NCBI GenBank assembly: GCA_963748815.1
Contig: CAVVKJ010000010.1
Span: 160,001 to 224,000, forward strand
DNA length: 64,000 nt
Direction: 5' to 3'
DNA from: an uncultured Gemmatimonadales bacterium
Lineage (GTDB): Bacteria; Gemmatimonadota; Gemmatimonadetes; Gemmatimonadales; GWC2-71-9
A program made the translations under genes and the position numbers. How positions within the stretch are numbered: the stretch's first letter is position 1; every line of letters starts with the position of its first letter. This document shows, in pieces, positions 10,469 through 18,602 of the stretch. The notes under the pieces were generated by a model, which saw nothing but the letters and a program-made list of their open reading frames with translations, was not told where the DNA came from and did not search any database.

Positions 10469-10953
10469 TGTTCCGCCACCGTATCCAGGTGCCATCCCGT
10501 GTGAATCCAGCGTCCATGGCGGCGGACGAAGAACTCCGTGCCTCGACCGCGGGTCTCCTCTGGCTTGCCATCCGCGTCCACGAGGACCAGGCGAAAGGTC
10601 GTATAGAGGATCACGACGTCTCCGTAGTCTTGGAAGACAGTGCGGGGAAACTCAAGCGACTGGAGGCGCTGTCCCCCCTTGGCGAAGTCGCTCATCTGCG
10701 CGAGTGTCCCCTTCCGGTCGTCCCAGGGGCCGCCGCCCCATCCCATGGCCACGAGCTCATCCGGGACGACGCGCTGGAATCCCGCCTGGTCGTTGGCAAA
10801 CCAGGTCCGCCATGCCGTCTCCCGCAGGCTCAGGATTTCCGCACGCGTCGCGGAGTCGGGCTGGGGCCCATAGTCCTGCGCGGAGAGGGCACGGGCTGGG
10901 AGCAGGAGGAGGGCGATCAGGCCAAGGCCAAGGGTACGCACTGGGGCGCTCAC
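10465..10953 (-). CDS. NTF2-like/DUF4440 protein, secreted
   Basis: Signal peptide; GRGTEFFVRRHGRWIHTGWH C-terminus. Confidence 0.75.
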   Translation of the reverse strand: MSAPVRTLGLGLIALLLLPARALSAQDYGPQPDSATRAEILSLRETAWRTWFANDQAGFQRVVPDELVAMGWGGGPWDDRKGTLAQMSDFAKGGQRLQSLEFPRTVFQDYGDVVILYTTFRLVLVDADGKPEETRGRGTEFFVRRHGRWIHTGWHLDTVAEQ

Positions 10954-11041
10954 GGTTGAGTGTCGAAGGGAAGGGGACGCCGCTCGCGTGCACTACAGCA
11001 TCCGAGCCGCGCCATGGCCGTGGCTGCCGGCACCATGAGAA

Positions 11042-11629
11042 TCACCAGGTCGCCCCGGCGGGCGGCCAACCTCCAAGATCGTCCAACACACGTCCCATCC
11101 GAACAAACATTGCTTCCTCACCGCCGGGGAGGGAATAGGCCACCGATGCGAGCGCCGCATAGCCCACGGCCGCGTACAGCGGCACGCCGGGGAGGGTGGC
11201 CATCAGCTCCGCCCGGCGAAAACCCGCCGCTCGTGCCGCCGCCTCGCAGTGCGCCAGCAGTCGGCGGCCCAGTCCCTGCCGCGCACACTCGGGGTGAACG
11301 AAGAACGCGCGAATCCGCGCCGCCTCGGTGGCGGGATCGAGAAGCGGGTCGTCGTCCGCCTTGGCCTGGTCGCCGCCGAACAGGGTGCGCCGGGCGCTCC
11401 ACCCTCCGCAGGCCAGCAGCGCTCCCTCCCGTTCGATCACGTAGTAGCTCTGATCCCCCAGCAGTTGTGTATCGACGCCGAACACGTGCGTGATCAACCC
11501 CTCGATCTGCGCCGGGGTGTAGTGCGCCCGGCTGAGCCCCCGCGCGGACGCAGCGATCAGCGAATTGAGGGCGGCAACCTCCGTGGGTCGGGCCGGCCGA
11601 ATCCGATCCTCGAGTGCGTCCCCCGTCAT
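11042..11629 (-). CDS. GNAT family acetyltransferase
   Basis: FFVHPECARQGLGRRLL acetyl-CoA motif; start trimmed to ATG 11629. Confidence 0.88.
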   Translation of the reverse strand: MTGDALEDRIRPARPTEVAALNSLIAASARGLSRAHYTPAQIEGLITHVFGVDTQLLGDQSYYVIEREGALLACGGWSARRTLFGGDQAKADDDPLLDPATEAARIRAFFVHPECARQGLGRRLLAHCEAAARAAGFRRAELMATLPGVPLYAAVGYAALASVAYSLPGGEEAMFVRMGRVLDDLGGWPPAGATW

Positions 11630-11642
11630 CGTGGAGACCTCG

Positions 11643-12149
11643 TCAGTGGGCCATGCTGGTCGAGTCATGCGCCATCGCATGGTGGGCATGTCGCTGGTAG
11701 GCAAGAAACTCGTGCACTGCCGCCACGGCGGTCGAATCGCGCGATTGGATCACGACCTCGCCGCCGCGCGGCAGCGTGTCCATGGTGTAGGTGATCTCGG
11801 CGCGCCGCGCCGCCATGACGTCGGTGCCGGGTACGGTCTCGCCATGCACGAACCCCGGGACGGCGAAGTCCCCTGCAGCGAACGAACGGGCGATCGAGGC
11901 CAGGTGCGCCCGGATCGTCCCGGTGCCCGCCGTGTCGGGGGCGTCTCGTTGCAGGACGATCCGGCCCCCGTCCGGGAACGGCTCGAAGATGTGGGAGGAG
12001 GTGTATTGGTCGACGCCCATCGCCATCTGCCCGCGCTCCTGCATCGCAGCATGGCTGGTGTCCGCCGTTGCCGGGGCCTGGTCGACCTGCGTGGAATGGG
12101 CGCACGCTGCGAGGGCCAGGGCTCCCAGGGCCACGGCGGACCCGCGCAT
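11643..12149 (-). CDS. Lipoprotein, His-rich C-terminus, function unknown
   Basis: Lipobox LAAC after ATG 12149; MGVDQ..HIFEP.PDGG, AVHEFLAYQR. Confidence 0.7.
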   Translation of the reverse strand: MRGSAVALGALALAACAHSTQVDQAPATADTSHAAMQERGQMAMGVDQYTSSHIFEPFPDGGRIVLQRDAPDTAGTGTIRAHLASIARSFAAGDFAVPGFVHGETVPGTDVMAARRAEITYTMDTLPRGGEVVIQSRDSTAVAAVHEFLAYQRHAHHAMAHDSTSMAH

Positions 12150-12154
12150 CGAGC

Positions 12155-12616
12155 TCACCCGTCGCCCAGGCGACGGGGTTCGTCGCCGGACTTCAGGGTC
12201 GGCTTCGCGCGGCGGGCGAGAAGCAGGACCGAGGTGGCCGATCCCGCGCCCAACCCGAGGAAGACCGTGAGATTGACGAGTGCGGCGGCCGGGGACCAGG
12301 CATGCCACGCATTCGCCGCGAGCACGCCGTAGAGCAGCAGCCCGCCTCCCGCCCCGAGCGCAGCCATCCGCGGGAGGGTGAGCTTTTCGAATGCCCGACC
12401 ACGTGCGGTCAGCGCCAGGAATCCGGCGAAGGCCATGCCGATCGGGAACGCCCAGATGGCGCTCGCGACGACCACCCGGATTCGCTCGGGGTCCCGGTCC
12501 ATGCCCGTGAGGAGCCACGCCACTCCGGCAATCACCGACGCCACCACGCCGACGCCCGCGGAGAAGATCAGGCCTGTCCCGACCATCCCGCGCAGGATTC
12601 TAAGCCAACGGGGCAT
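12155..12616 (-). CDS. Membrane protein (4 TM)
   Basis: Four hydrophobic segments; GGAG RBS upstream. Confidence 0.7.
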   Translation of the reverse strand: MPRWLRILRGMVGTGLIFSAGVGVVASVIAGVAWLLTGMDRDPERIRVVVASAIWAFPIGMAFAGFLALTARGRAFEKLTLPRMAALGAGGGLLLYGVLAANAWHAWSPAAALVNLTVFLGLGAGSATSVLLLARRAKPTLKSGDEPRRLGDG

Positions 12617-12648
12617 CTCTCACCTCCTGATATCGGGTCGCCGCCCGG

Positions 12649-13194
12649 CTACACCGCCAGGCGGACGCGAAATCCCCGGCCGGCGTAATAGGACTCAGCC
12701 CCGTTGTGGTAGGTAAAGACGGTATCGAACCGACGGTCACAGAAGAGCGCACCGCCGAGGTCCCGGATCCTGATGGGCGTTCGTATCCAGCTCGACGTCT
12801 TCTGGTCGAACTCTCCCATCTCCTGCAATGCGCGATACTGCGGTTCGGTGAGCAATTCGACCCCCAGTGTGGACGCCATGTCCACGGCACTGCCACGCGG
12901 CTTGTTCGCCTTGCGCGAGGCGAGTGCCTTCTGGTCATAGCAGAGGCTGCGCCGACCCGCCGGACTTTCCGGCGAACAGTCGACGAACACGATGGCGCCC
13001 GTTCCCTCGTCCCGGCCGACCACGTCGGGCTCACCGCCGGTCCGTTCCAGCTCGGCGAGCACCTCAAGCGCTGACGGGTTCGCGTCCAGCCGCGCTTGCA
13101 CGGCGGCCCAGCTCATGCCCGGGTGGCGGCGCGGGTTGGCCGAGAAACGATCCGTGAGCGTCTTGAGCAACTTGCCCCGCGAGGCAGTGGTCAT
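12649..13194 (-). CDS. DUF4256 family protein
   Basis: ERTGGEPDVV, GRRSLCYD, KTSSW, YHNGAESYYAGRGFR; ATG 13194 with GGAG RBS. Confidence 0.85.
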   Translation of the reverse strand: MTTASRGKLLKTLTDRFSANPRRHPGMSWAAVQARLDANPSALEVLAELERTGGEPDVVGRDEGTGAIVFVDCSPESPAGRRSLCYDQKALASRKANKPRGSAVDMASTLGVELLTEPQYRALQEMGEFDQKTSSWIRTPIRIRDLGGALFCDRRFDTVFTYHNGAESYYAGRGFRVRLAV

Positions 13195-13241
13195 GTCGTC
13201 ATCTCCGATGCTCAATCAACAGTCGCGTCGCGTCGCTTCAA

Positions 13242-13300
13242 CGCCCCGCGGCCTTCCAGTCAGTATCGGGCGCATCGCTCGCCGTCGCAAGGGCGCGCCC
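13242..13300 (-). promoter_or_regulatory. Decayed attC-family remnant retaining a TTGCGA-N17-GATACT promoter-like motif upstream of DUF4256
   Basis: 47/59 identical by hand alignment to 26551-26608 of the attC at 26508; -35 at 13290-13285, -10 at 13267-13262. Confidence 0.6.
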
Positions 13301-13315
13301 GCCGCCCCCGCCATG

Positions 13316-13351
13316 ACAAACCCCGACCAGCGGAAAGCCGCTGGTCGGGGT
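13316..13351 (-). terminator. Probable intrinsic terminator
   Basis: Perfect 14-bp stem ACCCCGACCAGCGG/CCGCTGGTCGGGGT followed by a short T run on the minus strand, just after the SEC-C gene stop. Confidence 0.65.
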
Positions 13352-13358
13352 GTGTGGG

Positions 13359-13610
13359 TCAGCGCGTGTAGTAGTCGCGATCGACTCCGTCGAAGTGACC
13401 GCCCTGCATGCAGCACTTCTTGAAACCGGCGTCCGGAGCCGCAGGGGCAGAGGTCGTTACGGCCGAGCTTCTCGTGGAAGCAACTCCTTGTGACCGTGGA
13501 CGATCCGATCGCCGCGCTTCACCCGGCTTTCGGAGGGGTAGCCCTTGCGACGCTTGCTGGTGACCTCAAAAGCAGGGGAGGTCGTCGAACTCTTCGTTGC
13601 GGTGTGCCAT
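13359..13610 (-). pseudogene. SEC-C (SecA C-terminal zinc-binding motif) small protein split over frames; pseudogene, error or recoded gene
   Basis: Fragments [17 protein letters not shown]..., [16 protein letters not shown] and FKKCCMQGG lie in successive +1 frames; ATG 13610 with GGAG. Confidence 0.7.
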
Positions 13611-13716
13611 ACGACGCTCCTGTGAGGGGAAAACTCTGCGGCCTCAGGGGCCCGTCAGCCCGGAAGCGGGAGAATGGTACCGCGGTGGCGCCCGGAACAC
13701 CAGACGGGCGTCGAGC

Positions 13717-14169
13717 CTATTTCGCAAACAGCTGGGACGGGTCCTTGAACGCCTTGAACTCGAGGGCATTGCCCGACGGGTCGAGGAAGAACATCGTCGC
13801 CTGCTCACCGACCTGGCCCTTGAACCGGATGTAGGGTTCGATGACGAAATGGATGCCGGCCTCGCGCAGCCGGTCGGCAAGCAGGTGCCAGGTGTCCCAG
13901 GGCAGCACCACCCCGAAGTGGGGAATCGGGACGGCGTGGCCGTCGACTGCGTTGTGATGCGCCGGACCGGTCGGGGCCTCGTTCGGGGTGGCCGCTTGGT
14001 GGTGCGCCACCAGCTGGTGACCGAAGAAGTCGAAGTCGACCCACTCCGAGTCGCTCCGCCCCTCGGCGCACCCGAGTACGCCGCCGTAGAACCGGCGCGC
14101 CTCCTCGACGTCCCGCACGGGGAAGGCGAGGTGGAAGGGTGTCAGTGGAGAATCATCTGGCTGGCTCAT
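13717..14169 (-). CDS. VOC family (glyoxalase/dioxygenase) protein
   Basis: [37 protein letters not shown]. Confidence 0.9.
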   Translation of the reverse strand: MSQPDDSPLTPFHLAFPVRDVEEARRFYGGVLGCAEGRSDSEWVDFDFFGHQLVAHHQAATPNEAPTGPAHHNAVDGHAVPIPHFGVVLPWDTWHLLADRLREAGIHFVIEPYIRFKGQVGEQATMFFLDPSGNALEFKAFKDPSQLFAK

Positions 14170-14210
14170 CGGAGCTTCCTCGGGCGGAGGGGTCGGACGG
14201 GATGCCGGGG

Positions 14211-14714
14211 TCACTCAGGCCGTTCGGGCCAGTGCGCATCGGGGCTGGCCGGCGCCGCCTGATCGACGCCGAGCCGGTGCGGCGCCACTTCCGCGTGAAT
14301 GAAGTTTTCAGGGGGGACGGGACTCCCCGCAAGCCGCCGAAGCAGTGCCAGCTGGCCGACATGCGTCATCGTGTCCGCCAGCGGCCCCTGCAACAGTTGC
14401 TCCGTGGAGATGCTGCAGGGAGGGGTGCCGGCCCTGATCAGCTCCCCGACCGCTTCAAGCTGGGTGTGGAAGCGGAGGACTTCGGCCGCGAAAGTGGGGA
14501 GCGGTTCCGGAATCCGTGGATAGGCACCCCCCCGAAAGAGGGTCTCGGTGTAGCCGAGGACGCTGGTCATGTGGCGAAGCAGTTCGACGGGAGTCCGGGC
14601 CTGCTGACCGGCAGAAAAGTTGAAATATGAGTCCGGGGCGCCTCGCAGCGCCTTCTGGCTCCGGTAGGCGATGGCAGCGAGGAAGTGGAGCAGCAGGTCA
14701 CGATCCCGATCCAT
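14211..14714 (-). CDS. DinB-like protein
   Basis: TPVELLRHM and [17 protein letters not shown] motifs; ATG 14714 with GGAG RBS. Confidence 0.75.
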   Translation of the reverse strand: MDRDRDLLLHFLAAIAYRSQKALRGAPDSYFNFSAGQQARTPVELLRHMTSVLGYTETLFRGGAYPRIPEPLPTFAAEVLRFHTQLEAVGELIRAGTPPCSISTEQLLQGPLADTMTHVGQLALLRRLAGSPVPPENFIHAEVAPHRLGVDQAAPASPDAHWPERPE

Positions 14715-14734
14715 GGCCAGGTCTCCCGAGGGGA

Positions 14735-14821
14735 AGTGAACGAATCTGTCGCCCAGCGGAGCGGCGCTCGGTTCGGCTGCCACCGCGCACGCCTGCTCCG
14801 TCGACAGCAAGCTGGTTAAGC
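14735..14821 (-). repeat. Degenerate attC site
   Basis: Minus strand GCTTAAC-CAGC...CTGTCG...CGACAG-ATTC-GTTCACT; TAA stop of the 14816 ORF lies inside R''; R' decayed. Confidence 0.55.
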
Positions 14822-15232
14822 CGCGCTTCCAGGGAGCCCCGATAGGGTGACCAACTCGTAGGACCCCTGGGTGGCCTCGATGTGAATCTTGAGAACGTGA
14901 GGCGTCCCGTCGAGCCGGACGTGCAGTTCGCCCTCCTGGACAGGCACGCGGCCGATATCGAGCGCCGACATGACCTTCAGCCGGTTGATGAAGGCACCGA
15001 ACACCTGCCCTGGAAGCTGGGCGACGACAACCCATTGGGAAGCGATTTCATATTCAACATCGCCGAGCTGGGGGTCTGTCGGCACCAGGCGGACCCTCCG
15101 CGCCTGGCTTCGGAAGGCGTCCGCGAGGAGGGCATTGCAGAGATTGGCGATCGCGGGGAGGCCCTCAAGGGGCGTGTCGAGATCGTATTCGCGCCGGAAG
15201 AGGTGTGCCCCGGCCTCGCGGGCTGGACGCAT
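14816..15232 (-). CDS. Stand-alone PilB/GspE N2-domain-like protein (no ATPase domain)
   Basis: NALLADAF..., FINRLKVMSALDIGRVPVQEG resembles SRLKVM..LDI.E.R.PQDG of secretion ATPases. Confidence 0.7.
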   Translation of the reverse strand: MRPAREAGAHLFRREYDLDTPLEGLPAIANLCNALLADAFRSQARRVRLVPTDPQLGDVEYEIASQWVVVAQLPGQVFGAFINRLKVMSALDIGRVPVQEGELHVRLDGTPHVLKIHIEATQGSYELVTLSGLPGSAA

Positions 15233-15252
15233 GGATCACTCCTGGAAACGCA

Positions 15253-15363
15253 AGAGAATGAATGGCGAACCCGCTGCGAGGGCGCTCACGGCAGCCGCCG
15301 CGCGACTGAGCAGTAAAGGCGGCGGCGGACGGCGCCCTCGACGGCGGCATGCGCTGGTTAGGC
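15253..15363 (-). repeat. Degenerate attC site (long family, R' lost)
   Basis: Homologous to family (GAATGGCG...GCTGCGAGGGCGCTC...CATGCGCTGGTTAGGC) but shortened and without the GTT core at 15253-15259. Confidence 0.8.
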
Positions 15364-15387
15364 AGCGACCATGGCGGACCATGACTG

Positions 15388-15939
15388 TCACTCCATGACC
15401 AGTTCGTCGAGCAATTTACGGCCGGCTGGACGGGTGAGTACGTGCGCCACATCGTAGCCTGTACTGGTCCCTTGCCACCGGAGATCGCCGCGCTTGTCGA
15501 TCACATAGCTGGTTGGAATGCCGGTTACCACGTAGCTCCGTCCGAACTCACCGCCCTGGTCCATGGCCACGTCGATGCCAGTTACACCGACATCGGCTAG
15601 GAATGCCCTCACCTGAGAGCTATCTGCCATCTCTTCAAGGGCGACGTGGAGCACTTCGAGACCTCGGCCTCGGTAGGCATCGGCCAGTGTCTCGAGGGCC
15701 GGCATGGAGCTTCGGCAATTCGCACAAGAACGGGCCCACGCCTCGATGATTAACACATGTCCACGATACTTCGCGAGGCCGACAGTCTCGTGTGGGGCGG
15801 CCAGAAGAGGCAGGGCGAAAGAGGGCGCGGTGGCATCCTCTTCGAGTGGGTGAGCGTTCTGGTAACTCCGGACTTGGAGGTACACGATGCCGCTCGCGAC
15901 AATGAGGAGGGTTGTAGCCAGAGGGGATGGCATGCGCAT
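15388..15939 (-). CDS. TlpA/ResA-like thioredoxin (cassette)
   Basis: WARSCANC CxxC motif, MPALE, GIPTSYVIDKRG; N-terminal TM; start ATG 15939. Confidence 0.88.
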   Translation of the reverse strand: MRMPSPLATTLLIVASGIVYLQVRSYQNAHPLEEDATAPSFALPLLAAPHETVGLAKYRGHVLIIEAWARSCANCRSSMPALETLADAYRGRGLEVLHVALEEMADSSQVRAFLADVGVTGIDVAMDQGGEFGRSYVVTGIPTSYVIDKRGDLRWQGTSTGYDVAHVLTRPAGRKLLDELVME

Positions 15940-15957
15940 TGGCTCTCCCTTGTCGCT

Positions 15958-16085
15958 GCCTAACGAATGGCGAATCAGCTGCGAGGGCGCTCGCGGCAGC
16001 CGCCGCGCGACCTCGGACTCAGTATAAGGCGCGGCGGCTGCCGCAGATAGAGCGCGCCCTCGTCTGCTGCATGCGCTGGTTAGGA
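15958..16085 (-). repeat. attC site (128 bp family)
   Basis: GCCTAAC...GTTAGGA, long imperfect palindrome. Confidence 0.92.
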
Positions 16086-16100
16086 CGGTGCGGTCCACCA

Positions 16101-16409
16101 TTACCCGGCCTTCTCGTAGACCGGTACCTCACGCTCCAGCCGTGAGCCCAGGCGGTCCCGCTCGACATCCAGGTCATAGGCCGCCTGCAGGTTTAGCCAA
16201 AACCGGTCAGACGTACCAAAGAAGCGAGCGAGGCGGAGGGCGGTATCCGCGCTCACCCCACGCGTTCCGTGTACGATCTCATTGATCCGCCGCGCCGGCA
16301 CCGAGAGGCTCTTCGCCAAGCGATACTGCGTCAGCTCCAGCGGCGCCAGAAACTCCTCGGCGAGCACCTCGCCGGGGTGGACGGCAGCCAGTCGCTTGCG
16401 AGTTGTCAT
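16101..16409 (-). CDS. higA: HigA antitoxin (XRE HTH)
   Basis: HPGEVLAEEFL, RINEIVHG.RGVSADTALRLARFFGTS..FWLNLQ. Confidence 0.95.
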   Translation of the reverse strand: MTTRKRLAAVHPGEVLAEEFLAPLELTQYRLAKSLSVPARRINEIVHGTRGVSADTALRLARFFGTSDRFWLNLQAAYDLDVERDRLGSRLEREVPVYEKAG

Positions 16410-16418
16410 CAGGCCCTC

Positions 16419-16700
16419 CTAGTGATAATCGACCATCTCGACCTGGCGCGCTTCCCCGTCTTTCCAGGTGAAGCAGAGCCGCCATTGGTCATTGACCCGA
16501 ATGCTCCATTGGCCGGCGCGATTCCCGCTGAGCTTCTCGAGCCGGTTGCCGGGGGGTACCCGCAGGTCGTCGACCCGAGTGGCGGCATCCAGCATCCGGA
16601 GCTTCCGTAGGCCGGCGCGCTGGACATCCGGGCCCCATCGCTTGACGGGCTCCCGGGCAAATAGCCGCTCGGTGTCCTTGTCACGGAAGCTGCGGATCAC
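16419..16700 (-). CDS. higB: HigB toxin (RelE/ParE superfamily)
   Basis: MIRSFRDK.TE, PPGNRLEKL.G.RAGQWSIRVNDQWRLCF, VDYH. Confidence 0.95.
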   Translation of the reverse strand: MIRSFRDKDTERLFAREPVKRWGPDVQRAGLRKLRMLDAATRVDDLRVPPGNRLEKLSGNRAGQWSIRVNDQWRLCFTWKDGEARQVEMVDYH

Positions 16701-16735
16701 GGATGCATAGTAACGCGGCGCGTTACTAGTGTCAA
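16701..16735 (-). promoter_or_regulatory. higBA promoter with overlapping operator; probably leaderless mRNA
   Basis: TTGACA(16735-16730)-N17-TACTAT(16712-16707)-6 nt-GTG; palindrome TAGTAACGCG-G-CGCGTTACTA at 16708-16728. Confidence 0.85.
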
Positions 16736-16752
16736 GAGGGAGGAATGGCGCA

Positions 16753-16824
16753 GCCTAACGAATGGCGCATCAGCGGCTGCCGCAACTAGAGCGCGCCCTC
16801 GCCAGCTGCATGCGCTGGTTAGAC
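16753..16824 (-). repeat. attC site with internal deletion (72 bp)
   Basis: Both R boxes kept; one inner arm and the loop missing; toxin stop TAA inside R'' GTCTAAC. Confidence 0.85.
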
Positions 16825-17121
16825 GCCTTCCGGCGCCTCGGGCTCAGTGGCCAATTGGGCGCTGTGCCATACGCCCACAACCCAAACCGTGGTGCCTTGG
16901 ACTCGGTAGAAAAACCGATAGGGTCGGACGATCACCTCGCGGTAGGGCAGGCCACGAAACTCGGGAATGCGCCGTCCTGACTCGGGGAACTTCTCCAGCC
17001 GACTCAGCGACTTACGTGCCCGAGTGTGAAAGCGACGCGCGGCAGCGGGGCGATCGGCGAGGATGTAGGCGATGACATCGAGGAACTGCCGGTCGCCCGA
17101 CGGGGTGAAGCGCACCTTCAC
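16819..17121 (-). CDS. RelE/ParE family toxin
   Basis: MKVRFTPS, LEKFPESGRRIPE, YREVIVRPYRFFYRV. Confidence 0.9.
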   Translation of the reverse strand: MKVRFTPSGDRQFLDVIAYILADRPAAARRFHTRARKSLSRLEKFPESGRRIPEFRGLPYREVIVRPYRFFYRVQGTTVWVVGVWHSAQLATEPEAPEGV

Positions 17122-17399
17122 GCGTTGGCGTCCCGCAGCATCTGCTCGGCCTCGGCAAAGACAGTCGCGAGCTCACGGCCCTTACCCTTGGCGATCTCCC
17201 GCTCTCCAGACGCGAGGATACGAAGAATCTCGCGCTCCCGCTCACCCAACTCGTAGGCTTCCATGCTGAGCATGACGGCGGCGGCCCGACCACGCTGGGT
17301 GATCACCACGGGCTCGCGGGACCGGCGGACGCGATCGAGAGCACCGGCCGCATCCTGGCGGAGGTCGGTAATCGGAATGATGTCGGGCATCTTGGGCAT
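17118..17399 (-). CDS. Phd/YefM family antitoxin
   Basis: IPITDLRQ, EPVVITQRGRAAAVMLSMEAYE; GTGA overlap with the toxin. Confidence 0.92.
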   Translation of the reverse strand: MPKMPDIIPITDLRQDAAGALDRVRRSREPVVITQRGRAAAVMLSMEAYELGEREREILRILASGEREIAKGKGRELATVFAEAEQMLRDANA

Positions 17400-17410
17400 G
17401 GCGGTGGCAC

Positions 17411-17457
17411 CTGTTAGATGTACGTCTAACAGTACTACACGACGATCGGAGGCGCAA
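17411..17457 (-). promoter_or_regulatory. TA promoter and operator palindrome
   Basis: TTGCGC(17457-17452)-N17-TACTGT(17434-17429); palindrome CTGTTAGA-N6-TCTAACAG at 17411-17432. Confidence 0.7.
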
Positions 17458-17505
17458 GAAGGAAAGTGGGGAAGCCCGGGCGGGTTGGGAACTGGACGGA
17501 AGTGC

Positions 17506-17633
17506 GCCTAACGAATGGCGCATCAGCTGCGAGGGCGCTCGCGGCAGCCGCCGCGCATCCTCGTAGTCAGTATAAAGCGCGGCGGCTGCCGCAGATAGAG
17601 CGCGCCCTCGACTGCTGCATGCGCTGGTTAGGC
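17506..17633 (-). repeat. attC site (128 bp family)
   Basis: GCCTAAC...GTTAGGC. Confidence 0.93.
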
Positions 17634-17653
17634 GGCAATCTGCCAGTGAGGAA

Positions 17654-18454
17654 TCAAGGTAGGTCCCACCGTGCTGGGTTCTCGACCGGCAAAACCCCCG
17701 GCTGTCGCAGATCAACATTTTGGCGAAGAAGTAGCCAGGTGGTCGCAGCACCACGAGGGTCCGATGCCCCCCGGACATTAAGTGTGTACACCGCCGTAGG
17801 TAGGCTCGACAAAACCGCCCGCCAATAGAGGCAGCTTGTCGCGTTGCCGATCAATTCCTGGTTCTTATTAATGATATCCAACACAATTCCTGACCCAACT
17901 CGGTACGCACGGCCATTCGCCTCGACCGGCGTCACACCGCTCGACCAGTACCCAGTGACGGTGATGCTGGTCGGAGATGCTATGACCGAATCAACTCCTC
18001 CACAGGATGCACGCTGAGGCGGGGCGCTGGTCTCGAAGCGAAGGACTACGGGAGAAGAATCCTTCTCGGCAGGCGCTCTCCCGATAAGGATGAGAGTCCA
18101 GGCGTCAAGGCGCATGGTTACGGCGATTGAATCGCGGCGCCCCGAGACAATGGTCACAGTGTCGGTTGTACGGGAGAAGTAGGGATACTGTGCTACCAGG
18201 AGCACTGTAGTTGGCGGTAGGGCGGTTAGGAGAAACGACCCATCCGCCGCAGTATTCGTCTGCAGGATCAGGCGATTGGGGTCGTGCGGAAGACGAACCG
18301 TGACATACACGTTGGCGAGAGGCGCTCCGGTGGTATCTCGGACCACGCCGGCGAGGCTCCCCGGAGGCTGCCCATCGAGCGAAGTGCTCTGGCAGATGGC
18401 GGCGTGAGGAGATAGCGTTGCCAGCGCGAACAGGAGTTTCACAATGTGGCGCAA
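17654..18454 (-). CDS. Secreted protein with carboxypeptidase-regulatory-like domain (cassette)
   Basis: Signal peptide; GSLAGVVRDTTGAPLANVYV...TNTAADGSFLL. Confidence 0.75.
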   Translation of the reverse strand: MRHIVKLLFALATLSPHAAICQSTSLDGQPPGSLAGVVRDTTGAPLANVYVTVRLPHDPNRLILQTNTAADGSFLLTALPPTTVLLVAQYPYFSRTTDTVTIVSGRRDSIAVTMRLDAWTLILIGRAPAEKDSSPVVLRFETSAPPQRASCGGVDSVIASPTSITVTGYWSSGVTPVEANGRAYRVGSGIVLDIINKNQELIGNATSCLYWRAVLSSLPTAVYTLNVRGASDPRGAATTWLLLRQNVDLRQPGVLPVENPARWDLP

Positions 18455-18473
18455 GAATAGTTCCTCGATTGCC

Positions 18474-18602
18474 GCCTAACGAATGGCGCATCAGCTGCGA
18501 GGGCGCTCGCGGCAGCCGCCGCGCGACCTCGCTATTCAGTATAAAGCGCGGCGGCTGCCGCAGATAGAGCGCGCCCTCGTCTGCTGCATGCGCTGGTTAG
18601 GC
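18474..18602 (-). repeat. attC site (128 bp family)
   Basis: GCCTAAC...GTTAGGC, 129 bp. Confidence 0.93.

Noticed and set aside
10954..11041. Possible further attC remnant
   Set aside because: Only short GC-rich word matches; not distinguishable from chance.
17411..17432. GTTAGA/TCTAAC palindrome as a recombination site
   Set aside because: Too short, boxes in the wrong order for attC, and it overlaps the TA promoter. An operator is the simpler reading.
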